A stretch of DNA of 60,298 nt from an uncultured Gammaproteobacteria bacterium (GCA_964558195.1 CAZLCB010000001.1:1-60298), one strand, 5' to 3'. Numbered from the stretch's first letter, positions 18,421 through 26,458 are shown. Made by a program: numbers and translations. Notes: generated by a model from the sequence alone, not told the origin.

Positions 18421-19438
18421 GGGACAAAAGTTCTTTGACTGAGTTTAATCTAACAAGTTTCATTCTGAGTGATTTAGCATTGGGAAAATCAGAAGTGTAA
18501 AGTAAAAAATGTTTGCGTAAACTATCAAAACAGCGATTGTGAAAAACTTCTTGAAAAATTTGGGCATGAAGTAACATGGCAGAAAATTTTTCTTGAGGGG
18601 TGGCGATATGATTATTGAAAGCCCAAGGATTACCACCAGCAGCTCGACCAACGAGAACTCCGTCAACACCATATTTTTGGCAATAGTCTTCGCCTTGCTG
18701 ACGATTTTGGATATCACCATTACCATATATTTTTATGCCCGTACCTTTGGCTAATTTAACAACTTTTTGAATTTCAGACCAATCAGCTTGGCCAGCATAG
18801 GCTTGTTTGAGAGTGCGACCATGAATGGTTAAAAAATCAATTGGTTGGGAAAGTAAAATAGGAATCCACGTGTCGATAATGGGTTCAGAATTGCCAAGAC
18901 GGGTTTTGACTGATAAAGTTGGTTTAGATATAGAAGTCTTTAAGTTTGAATATCTTTGATTTTTTTTGATGACATCCAAGGTTTTTTGATTAAGACCAAT
19001 GTCGGTAATTTTGACTTTACCAGAAAACCAATCATCAATCCCCTGCTTGGCGGATTGGATAATTTGAACAGCTAATTCTGGTTTGGCAATTAGAGCGGCA
19101 CCTGACCCATGTTGGGTAACAGTTTTGGCGGGACAACCCATATTTATATCAACACCATCAAAACCTAATTCACACAGAATAATGGCGGATTTATAAAAAC
19201 TTTCTGGGTCTTTGCCAAATAATTGACCGATAATTGGGCGTTCTTCTGGAGAAAACAAAAGGGTGTCGTATAGCTTGATACCACCACGAGAAATACCCTC
19301 AGCACTAACAAATTCAGTAAAAATTAGATCTGGTTTGGCGATTTTAGTTTGAACCAAACGAAAAGCCTCATCAGTAATACCGTCCATAGGAGAAAGACCA
19401 ATGATATTTTTTTGGGATAAAAATTTATTTAGCTTCAT
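18398..19438 (-). CDS. dus: tRNA-dihydrouridine synthase
   Basis: SPMDGITDEAFR, DINMGCP and HGRT motifs. ATG at 19438 is chosen inside ORF 18398..19492. Confidence 0.85.
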   Translation of the reverse strand: MKLNKFLSQKNIIGLSPMDGITDEAFRLVQTKIAKPDLIFTEFVSAEGISRGGIKLYDTLLFSPEERPIIGQLFGKDPESFYKSAIILCELGFDGVDINMGCPAKTVTQHGSGAALIAKPELAVQIIQSAKQGIDDWFSGKVKITDIGLNQKTLDVIKKNQRYSNLKTSISKPTLSVKTRLGNSEPIIDTWIPILLSQPIDFLTIHGRTLKQAYAGQADWSEIQKVVKLAKGTGIKIYGNGDIQNRQQGEDYCQKYGVDGVLVGRAAGGNPWAFNNHIATPQEKFSAMLLHAQIFQEVFHNRCFDSLRKHFLLYTSDFPNAKSLRMKLVRLNSVKELLSLEDEFQP

Positions 19439-20594
19439 TTTTAATAATCTTTTTGAGAGAGAAATAAAAATATAAAACAGGAATACCAGCAATTGATTGA
19501 ATAATCAAAGCGTTTCTTGGGCCTAGTTTATCAGCTAATATACCTAAAATAGTGGAAAAAATAACAAAAGATATACTACCAAATAAAGAATTTAACGATC
19601 CCATCGTAGCTCGCTGTTCACTACTAAATTCTTTTTGTAAAAGATTATTTTTAGCAACCTGCCCAACACCATAAAATAATGAATTTAGTGTTAGAAAAAT
19701 AGGAGAAAAAACATTAGCCATTAATAAACCAATTAGACTAATTATTTTATTTATAAACAATTTTGAAATTAAAATGTTTATTGAAGAGAATTTTTTCAAA
19801 ATTTTACCACTAAAATGAAAACTAAAACTAGAACCAATGTTAGATAATGTATTGGAAAGACCTATTGCCCAAACCGGCCAAAGACTACTGACAAAAGCGG
19901 CTCTAAATTGATACCCAGGTTCATTTAACCCAAAACTAATAATATCTGAAAAACTGATTAATCTAAGTCTGAGGTTAGAAAAAAAGTTTTTATAGGCAAT
20001 ATTTAAATGTTTAAAGATATTTTCTGACTGCTGACTAATTTCCTTAGTCTCTGAAACCTTTGTGGCTAAAATAAAACAAATAACATTAGGAATAATTGAA
20101 ATCCACATAAGAGCTGAAAAAGAAAAATAGGCAATAACTCCACCAAATAGGCTGCTGAATGCCAATGCTAGCTGCGACATTGATGATATTTTTCCGTTGT
20201 ATTCAGCAAAATCTTCTTTTTTATTAATTTGACTTAAATTATCATAAAGTAGAGCATCGTTATTGCCACTATAAAACGATCTACCTAAACCAGATAAAAT
20301 TGCCCCAACAACCAAAATCCAATAGTTTAGTCCAATAGCATAAAACAATGAACTTAAAATAAATGAAATTGCTCCAAAAATTAAGGTTTTAACCCGACCG
20401 TATTTATCGGAAAAAATACCTGTCGGTAATTCAAAAATAGCACTTGAGGCCATTTCAATAGAAAATATACTTAAACCTAAAGTATAAGATCCTGAAATTT
20501 TGGAAAAATAAATTATGGCAAGAGGTGCCCAAAGAGAAAAATCAGTAAAAAAACTATGCCAGCGGAGTAATTTAATATTCCTGTCAAAAGACAT
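19425..20594 (-). CDS. MFS transporter
   Basis: Multiple TM helices and the D(K)YGR loop motif. ATG at 20594 (MSFDRNIKLL) is chosen inside ORF 19425..20666. Confidence 0.8.
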   Translation of the reverse strand: MSFDRNIKLLRWHSFFTDFSLWAPLAIIYFSKISGSYTLGLSIFSIEMASSAIFELPTGIFSDKYGRVKTLIFGAISFILSSLFYAIGLNYWILVVGAILSGLGRSFYSGNNDALLYDNLSQINKKEDFAEYNGKISSMSQLALAFSSLFGGVIAYFSFSALMWISIIPNVICFILATKVSETKEISQQSENIFKHLNIAYKNFFSNLRLRLISFSDIISFGLNEPGYQFRAAFVSSLWPVWAIGLSNTLSNIGSSFSFHFSGKILKKFSSINILISKLFINKIISLIGLLMANVFSPIFLTLNSLFYGVGQVAKNNLLQKEFSSEQRATMGSLNSLFGSISFVIFSTILGILADKLGPRNALIIQSIAGIPVLYFYFSLKKIIKNEAK

Positions 20595-20595
20595 G

Positions 20596-21312
20596 TTATT
20601 TATTTTTGCTTTTGGCGGCGAACTTGGCACCGGTACGCGATCCAAAATGACGCTGCTTAAAAACACTACTACGAACGTGTAAAGGGGAACTGGCTAAATA
20701 TTCTGGTTTTTGACCAGGTCGAGGACGGAATTTCTTTTTATTTTTAGCAGGGAAAGATTCCGGAATAAATTTTGGAGTGTATTCGCCACTAGTATCGCGA
20801 TTTAGAGATTTACCTAAAGAATTGAAAACCGGTTTACCACCTTTATATTTTTTGTGAGGTCTAAATTCTGAATTATTACTTTGATTATCGTCAAAATTAA
20901 AACGAGAAGACGAATGAGCTTGAAAACTGCGTTTTTGATATTCGTTGGTATCAGAGTCGGGGTGGGGTAAATAATTTAAAGCCTGGCGACGATTAGGGTG
21001 TTTAGCTAAGGCTTCTTCGTGACGAGCTTTACCTTCGGGAGTTAAAAACGGATCAGGCTGAGCATAATCAACAATGATACTGCGATCACCCAAATGAAAA
21101 TTATGATACTTTTCTTTGGCACGAATAGCATCGTCGAGATTTTCATATTCGATATAGCCCATACCGCGGCTTTTACCCCAACGATTGTGCATAATGCGAA
21201 CAGAAATAATTTTTCCCTCAGAAATAAATAAGTCTAAAAGTTCACCTTCGGTAAAGCGATAAGGCAAACTACCGATGAATAATCTTTTGGAGACAGGTTT
21301 GTTTTCGTTCAT
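20596..21312 (-). CDS. RRM (RNP-1) RNA-binding protein with a long basic tail
   Basis: RLFIGSLPYRFTE (RNP-2) and RGMGYIEY (RNP-1), followed by a Lys/Arg/Ser-rich C-terminus. Confidence 0.8.
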   Translation of the reverse strand: MNENKPVSKRLFIGSLPYRFTEGELLDLFISEGKIISVRIMHNRWGKSRGMGYIEYENLDDAIRAKEKYHNFHLGDRSIIVDYAQPDPFLTPEGKARHEEALAKHPNRRQALNYLPHPDSDTNEYQKRSFQAHSSSRFNFDDNQSNNSEFRPHKKYKGGKPVFNSLGKSLNRDTSGEYTPKFIPESFPAKNKKKFRPRPGQKPEYLASSPLHVRSSVFKQRHFGSRTGAKFAAKSKNK

Positions 21313-21333
21313 AGATATGAGTTATTATAACCT

Positions 21334-21996
21334 ATGATTAAATTTGAAGTATTGGTTTTGGGCCAACTTGAGACAAATTGTTATTTAGTTTGGGATGAAG
21401 AAACAAAAGACGGTTTAGTAATTGACCCAGCAGATGATGGGGTAGGAATTTCGGAGGAATTAAATAATAAAGGAATAAATTTAGTGGGAGTAGTGATGAC
21501 TCATGGACACTTTGACCATTCTTTGGCAGCTTTGGATTTGAAATTGATGTATAACGTGCCAGTTTATATAAGTTCAAAAGATAAGTTTTTGTTGGACAGA
21601 CAGGACGAAACAGCGAAACATTTTTTAAAAATGGATATAAAGACACCAAATATTTTGAAAATTGATAAAGATTTAGAGGAAATTAGAGAAATTAATTTTG
21701 GAAAAAGTAAATTGGAAGTAATTAAAACTCCAGGACATACGCCAGGGTCAGTGTGTCTTTTCAATCTCCCTCATTCCCTCTTTAACAAGAGGGAGGTAAA
21801 ACCAATTTTATTTTCTGGGGATACTTTATTTAAAGACTTAAGAGGCAGAACAGATTTTAAATATGGTTCGACTAAGAAAATTTTTGAAAGTTTAAGGAAA
21901 TTAATGGAATTACCAGAAGATACTGATGTTTTTTCGGGACATGGAGAACCGACAAACATTGGACGAGAAAAAGAAAGATACAGTTTCAAAAGTTAG
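21334..21996 (+). CDS. MBL-fold metallo-hydrolase (glyoxalase II-like)
   Basis: THGHFDH, TPGHTPGS and FSGDTLF motifs. Confidence 0.85.
   Translation: MIKFEVLVLGQLETNCYLVWDEETKDGLVIDPADDGVGISEELNNKGINLVGVVMTHGHFDHSLAALDLKLMYNVPVYISSKDKFLLDRQDETAKHFLKMDIKTPNILKIDKDLEEIREINFGKSKLEVIKTPGHTPGSVCLFNLPHSLFNKREVKPILFSGDTLFKDLRGRTDFKYGSTKKIFESLRKLMELPEDTDVFSGHGEPTNIGREKERYSFKS
21762..21799. repeat. CCCTC...GAGGG palindromic element, copy inside the MBL hydrolase CDS
   Basis: caatctccctcattccctctttaacaagagggaggtaaa. Hairpin ccctctt/aagaggg spans 21776-21793. It is clearly homologous to 40434-40470. Confidence 0.65.
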
Positions 21997-22157
21997 TTGC
22001 TCTTGAGATTGTTGATAGTTTCATCAAAATTGTTGATGTGATCTTGTTTGATACTTTCAAGAAGTTCAACCAAAAGACTGTTCATGTATTGCTTGACTCC
22101 TTCGGCTTGCTCCGGAGTAAGTTTTAATTCTTGAATTAGTTGTTCTATGGTTTGCAT
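21993..22157 (-). CDS. Small hypothetical protein (54 aa), below the ORF-track cutoff
   Basis: ATG at 22157, stop at 21993-21995, translating to MQTIEQLIQELKLTPEQAEGVKQYMNSLLVELLESIKQDHINNFDETINNLKSN. Confidence 0.3.
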   Translation of the reverse strand: MQTIEQLIQELKLTPEQAEGVKQYMNSLLVELLESIKQDHINNFDETINNLKSN

Positions 22158-22187
22158 TTGGCTAAATTATACCATTTGACGTATAAT
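22158..22187 (+). promoter_or_regulatory. Possible sigma70-type promoter for tRNA-Gln
   Basis: TTGGCT (22158-22163), 18-nt spacer, TATAAT (22182-22187). It ends 12 nt before the tRNA 5' end. Confidence 0.35.
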
Positions 22188-22199
22188 AATGGCCATTAC

Positions 22200-22270
22200 T
22201 ACCCCATCGTCTAATGGTAGGACACTACGCTCTGAACGTAGTAATTGTGGTTCGAATCCATGTGGGGTAA
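22200..22270 (+). tRNA. tRNA-Gln (anticodon CUG)
   Basis: Hand-folded cloverleaf. Acceptor UACCCCA/UGGGGUA, D stem GUCU/GGAC, anticodon stem CUACG/CGUAG with loop CUCUGAA, T loop UUCGAAU. CCA is not encoded. Confidence 0.9.
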
Positions 22271-22290
22271 CAAAAAAAAACAGTAGTGTT

Positions 22291-22935
22291 TTATTTAGAA
22301 TTTTTATAACAACTCAATATTTCTGGGTATATCAATGGTATTTTTTCTAAAATCTTTAGATCTGATTTCATTTCGTCATTTTTTTTCTTTATTTGATTGG
22401 TCATATCTTCACCTACTCCCAAATTAGTCCACATATCAATGAGATCTTGGGAAATTAATTCATTTTTTTTATAAAGATCAATAAGAATTTGATTGTATTT
22501 TTTTATTAATTCATTTTTTTCATTATTAGGTGTTTCTGTATACTCTAGATGTTTTAAATAATTTTTTATGGGAAATTGAGATACATCGTGCAAATCTTGA
22601 AATATTTTTAAATTTGTTCTTAAAACCCAATGTTCTGGTGATAATTTATTTTTTTCGTCTTTAAAGATATCTAATAAATCAGGAAAAATATATTTGAAAA
22701 CTTTAAATTGGATTTTGTCACAGATTAAATGGACAAACCACCCTTTTTTAAAATCATCATCCTTATAAAAATTATCGTTTAAGAAATTATTACTGTGGGT
22801 TGTCTCTCGATCAATTTTCGTGATATAGCGGCTATCAGGATAAACCGTTCCTGATATATATTCATCAAGATTTTTAATATCAAAATCGTTTTTAACATCC
22901 AGAGCAAACCTGATATGAGTTCCAAGAAGTGCCAT
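22291..22935 (-). CDS. Hypothetical protein (possible metal-dependent hydrolase)
   Basis: 214-aa ORF. Scattered His/Asp motifs (GTHIRFA, YPDSRY, WFVHLICD) are only weakly suggestive. Confidence 0.5.
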   Translation of the reverse strand: MALLGTHIRFALDVKNDFDIKNLDEYISGTVYPDSRYITKIDRETTHSNNFLNDNFYKDDDFKKGWFVHLICDKIQFKVFKYIFPDLLDIFKDEKNKLSPEHWVLRTNLKIFQDLHDVSQFPIKNYLKHLEYTETPNNEKNELIKKYNQILIDLYKKNELISQDLIDMWTNLGVGEDMTNQIKKKNDEMKSDLKILEKIPLIYPEILSCYKNSK

Positions 22936-22975
22936 AATGTTGATTATAACCTAATAATTTTTGGTAGAATAGGTT

Positions 22976-23308
22976 GTGACGCGAATTAAGTTTAAGAGTG
23001 ATAAGTATAAAAAAGTTAGGGGTGGATATTCCAGATTATTAGACATTTCTTGTGCCAGATGCGGACAACATCTGTGTCTTTATCAAAAAGATGGACCGGG
23101 ATTATTGAAGAGAATGTATTTAGATAGAATTTATGAATCGGATAAATATTCTGGGTTAGAAAATAAACCACTGAAATTAATTCCTAATTTAGTTTGTACT
23201 GGCTGTAATCAAATTGTTGGTATTCCTTATATTTATGAACCGGAGAAAAGATTAGCTTTTAGATTGTTTGTGGGTGAAGTATCGAAGAAAATTGTTAAGT
23301 CAAAATAA
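22976..23308 (+). CDS. Hypothetical CxxC...CxxC zinc-ribbon-like protein
   Basis: 110-aa ORF with a GTG start. It contains CARCGQ and CTGCNQ pairs. Confidence 0.5.
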   Translation: MTRIKFKSDKYKKVRGGYSRLLDISCARCGQHLCLYQKDGPGLLKRMYLDRIYESDKYSGLENKPLKLIPNLVCTGCNQIVGIPYIYEPEKRLAFRLFVGEVSKKIVKSK

Positions 23309-23332
23309 TTCAGTAGCGGAGTTTTGATATTT

Positions 23333-23393
23333 AAAAAAAACGAGGCCCAGGATTGTGTTTCGCACGATGCGAATATAAACACAGCCCTAGGCC
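23333..23393 (-). terminator. Long hairpin plus U8 tract, terminator-like on the minus strand
   Basis: 23344-23360 pairs with 23377-23393 over 17 positions. On the minus strand this gives 14 Watson-Crick pairs, 2 G.U and 1 mismatch. An inner ttcgca/tgcgaa stem is present. The A8 run at 23333-23340 reads as U8 three nt after the stem on the minus strand. Confidence 0.55.
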
Positions 23394-24075
23394 AATGGAT
23401 AAGTCGGGAAAGGAAGGGAGAAGGGGTTGCGTTGGTGACGCGTGGAGTGGCTTGCGGGCGATGAGACGCGCGCGAAGCATTTCCTTGGCCCAATGGTTGG
23501 GTCAGAATGATACGAAAGATATTCAGTTTTCGAGTCACACAAGACCAACGGAGACGATCGGCCCGGCGGATTGATCCATGATGGATTACTACCGTGTTGT
23601 TGTGGCGAAGTCGAACGAGTGTGTGTTCCAAGAGAACTTTTCTCGTGTAGACGACGCCGGGCCGAAGAGATGGATTACCATAGTCCCCTTGAGGCTTAAG
23701 TGCATTTCACCTCAGGCGGCTGCCGTCTGCGCCACTGCGCTGTTCGAGGCCTGGGATTTGGGCGGACCGGTGTTGGTGTGTGACATGCTCGAAGCCCCCT
23801 TAGCGTTCAGCCGTGAACTGGGCGTAGGCCTTTGCCTTCGCCGAAGAAACCCCGGGTTACTACTGCATGGGATTGTCCCTTTTGCCTTTGTTGGCCTAAT
23901 GCAGTGAGTTGAGATTCACAACAGCAACTGTGGCGGCATGATGTTGTCTGGAGCGGTCTGACTAGTTCAATGGACTGCCTCCTCTCCTAGGTCGATTCGC
24001 CCCTGTAGTAACGGTTGGCGCGGTCGGACGCGAGGATGCGAGACAAAAATGATTCACCTCTCTTTCCTTTCTAAT
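23344..24075 (+). ncRNA. Candidate large structured ncRNA of unknown class (GC-rich island); strand unresolved
   Basis: Hand count over 23341-24060 gives G 226, C 170, A 152, T 172 (55% GC). No credible ORF is present. There are many helices, including a perfect 10-bp G/C helix (23559-23568 with 23655-23664). G+U excess and G.U-dependent helices favour the plus strand. The hairpin plus U8 at 23333-23393 favours the minus strand. Confidence 0.5.
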
Positions 24076-24185
24076 TGTTCAGGTACAGTGAAAACAATAT
24101 TTATAAAAACGCTATGTTTTTATATAATTTTTTCAATAATAGATGGAGTTTATATCGAACAAGAAATTAATTCAATGGGGAAAAA

Positions 24186-25010
24186 TTAGTTTGAGAATTT
24201 AATATGGGATAAATAGATTTTTTCGAAACCGGAAATAAAACGTTTTTTGGCATCAGGGACGAATTTTTGATAGATAGAAAATAAGCCTAACCATTGGTTT
24301 AAATTTAATTGAGTTGGTTTGAGAGAATTTACTTTTAATTGGTGATTAATTTTTTTGAACTGATCATAGGAAAATATTTTTTTGTAAATTTCAAAAATAT
24401 TGGGCTTCCATTGATTAAAACCAAAAATAATAAAATCACGAAATTGTTGATAATGCGGCAGATCAATTAATGGTTTATTTAGTAAAGTAAATTTGGCAAA
24501 AACTATATTTACTTGAGGCTTGGGGGTAAAAGCAGTCCGATCAATATCACCTAAAATTTCAACAGCAAAAAATGGAGCAGCCAGTATAGCATCTTGATTA
24601 TTAATATCATCGAATAAAGAAAATTTTTCGGCGGCTTCTTGTTGTAAGATTAAATACATTTCGTCTGGCTTATTGGGTGATTTTAGAATTTTATTGATTA
24701 TAGGAGCAGTAATTGAGAAAGGAATATTGGAAAATATTTTATAGGGTGTTTTTGGTAGTGACCATAAAAGAAAATCAGTGTTAATTAATTTAAAATTTTT
24801 ATTTTGAGAAAATCGATCTTGGAGTTCATTAATTAATTGACGATCTTTTTCGATAGCAATGACCTGGCAACCAAAATTTAATAATTTTTGAGTAATAATT
24901 CCCTTACCTGGACCAATTTCGACAACAACATCTCCAGAATTTATTTGACTGGATTGAAGAAGTTGAGAAACAAGTTGGGGTGATTTAATGAAATTTTGGG
25001 AAAAATTCAT
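24186..25010 (-). CDS. Erm-type rRNA adenine N6-methyltransferase (Erm/KsgA family)
   Basis: SQNFIKS start, SAM motif VVEIGPGKGIIT, AIEKD, YKIFSNIPFSIT, and a C-terminal ...YKKIFS..QF...L.LF.IY pattern that tracks ErmC as I recall it. Confidence 0.8.
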   Translation of the reverse strand: MNFSQNFIKSPQLVSQLLQSSQINSGDVVVEIGPGKGIITQKLLNFGCQVIAIEKDRQLINELQDRFSQNKNFKLINTDFLLWSLPKTPYKIFSNIPFSITAPIINKILKSPNKPDEMYLILQQEAAEKFSLFDDINNQDAILAAPFFAVEILGDIDRTAFTPKPQVNIVFAKFTLLNKPLIDLPHYQQFRDFIIFGFNQWKPNIFEIYKKIFSYDQFKKINHQLKVNSLKPTQLNLNQWLGLFSIYQKFVPDAKKRFISGFEKIYLSHIKFSN

Positions 25011-25051
25011 ATATGAGAAATACTACCACAAAGTTTGCTATCATTTTATTA

Positions 25052-26458
25052 ATGGAAAAGAGGACAAAAATCATTGCGACTATCGGTCCGGCTTCTGAGT
25101 CGATTGAGGTAATCGAAAAAATGATAATAGATGGAGTAAATATTTTTCGCTTTAATTTGAAACATAATGAATTTGAATGGCACAAGAGAATAATAAAAAG
25201 ATCAAGGATTGTAGCAAAAAGGCTAAAGAAAAAACTAGGAATAATGATTGATTTTCAAGGTCCGGAAATAAGACTGGATACAAAAGATAAAAATAATATC
25301 GAAATTAATCCTGGTGGAGTTTTTTGGATTAATAGTAAATTAAACAAAGACTTAAGAGTAATTAAAATAAATCCTGAAATAGCGATCAAATATATTAAAA
25401 GGGGGAGTAGAATTTTTATTGATGATGGAAACGTCGAAGGATTAGTAAAAGGCAAAGATGGTAACGGAATTAAGATTGAAGTAGAAGAGTTTTCAGTGAT
25501 AAAAAACGGCAAAAGTTTAAATATTATATCTGAAGAGTTGGACTTACCTATTTTGTCAGAAAAAGATAAGCAAATTTTGGAGAAACTAGATGAAATCGAT
25601 CCTGATTATATCGCCCTATCTTTTGTTAGAAACGAAAAAGATGTTCTTTATTTAAAAAATAAATTAAAAAGTATTGACTCGGCAGTTAAGGTGGTGGCAA
25701 AAATTGAAAATAGAAGAGCAATTAAAAATATTGAAGAAATTATAAAAGTTTCTGATGGAATCATGATAGCTAGAGGTGATTTGGGTATAGAAGTTCCTAT
25801 AAACGAACTAGCTTTTTGGCAGAAGAAAATAATCGACTTATGTCGACTGAATGGTAAACCAGTGATTGTGGCAACCCAAATGCTTCAATCGATGGTGACA
25901 AACAATAGACCTACTAGAGCCGAAGCAACTGATGTATCAAACGCCGTGTTTGATGGAACAGACGCATTGATGTTGTCAGAAGAAACTTCTATTGGAGTTA
26001 ATCCTGTTAGGGTGATTAGAGAAATGAGCAGTATTGCTATTTTTGCTGAAAATTCTATGATTACTAGAAATTTAACTATTGAACCAAAAAATTCAACTGA
26101 GGTATTGGTTGATGCGGCGGTAAAAATAATTCAAAATAATAAAGAACTAAAAATAGGAGCTGTAATAATTTTTACCCAATCAGGAAATACTGCAAGAATT
26201 TTTTCTAGATATAGAAATAATTTACCCATAATAGCGATTACCGACAATAAGGATACAGCAAAGGGTTTGACTATAAGTTATGGTGTTAAATCTTATGTAA
26301 AGAAGTTTTCTAAAACCTTTTTTGAAATGCCACAAAGCATAATTAAAATATTGATCAAGAGTAAACAAATTTCTTATGGCGATAGTTTACTGGTGATTCA
26401 TGGGAATAATTGGATGGAAACCGGATCAACCTCAGATATTAGCCTTGTGTCTGTTTAG
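25052..26458 (+). CDS. pyk: Pyruvate kinase
   Basis: [27 protein letters not shown] and [11 protein letters not shown] motifs. ATG at 25052 lies inside ORF 25013..26458. Confidence 0.9.
   Translation: MEKRTKIIATIGPASESIEVIEKMIIDGVNIFRFNLKHNEFEWHKRIIKRSRIVAKRLKKKLGIMIDFQGPEIRLDTKDKNNIEINPGGVFWINSKLNKDLRVIKINPEIAIKYIKRGSRIFIDDGNVEGLVKGKDGNGIKIEVEEFSVIKNGKSLNIISEELDLPILSEKDKQILEKLDEIDPDYIALSFVRNEKDVLYLKNKLKSIDSAVKVVAKIENRRAIKNIEEIIKVSDGIMIARGDLGIEVPINELAFWQKKIIDLCRLNGKPVIVATQMLQSMVTNNRPTRAEATDVSNAVFDGTDALMLSEETSIGVNPVRVIREMSSIAIFAENSMITRNLTIEPKNSTEVLVDAAVKIIQNNKELKIGAVIIFTQSGNTARIFSRYRNNLPIIAITDNKDTAKGLTISYGVKSYVKKFSKTFFEMPQSIIKILIKSKQISYGDSLLVIHGNNWMETGSTSDISLVSV

Noticed and set aside
23233-23631. 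Minus-strand 132-aa ORF crossing the island and overlapping the 3' end of the zinc-ribbon gene.
   Set aside because: Composition is nonsense-like, it runs through the terminator hairpin and into the neighbouring gene, and it has no RBS. It is a shadow ORF of GC-rich DNA.
23353-23907. Plus-strand ORFs 23353..23574 and 23578..23907 share one frame separated by a single TGA. I considered whether TGA recoding (code 25/4) would give a 185-aa protein.
   Set aside because: The long housekeeping ORFs in this window are uninterrupted under the standard code, and some ORFs end in TGA (for example 12749..13054), so TGA is a stop here. The translation is Arg/Cys/Trp-rich with no recognisable domain and no RBS. 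Long open frames are expected by chance in GC-rich sequence.
23990-24005. Minus-strand GGGGCGAAUCGACC resembles the 5' end of tmRNA (GGGG...UUCGAC).
   Set aside because: There is no tRNA-like T arm (GGUUCGA..CC), no 3' ACCA-proximal acceptor partner and no tag ORF with resume codon anywhere in the island. The size (~700 nt) is also wrong.
23900-24075. Possible truncated 16S rRNA 3' fragment, given the anti-SD-like tail.
   Set aside because: The universal 16S elements CCGCCCGUCACACC and AAGUCGUAACAAGGUA are absent. Only the tail and loose local resemblance remain, so this is kept as a mimicry hypothesis and not called as an rRNA.
23341-24075. ORF-less group II or group I intron.
   Set aside because: There is no GUGYG 5' end, no domain V-like GAGC..GAAA..GUUC hairpin, no interrupted host gene and no IEP/homing endonuclease ORF.
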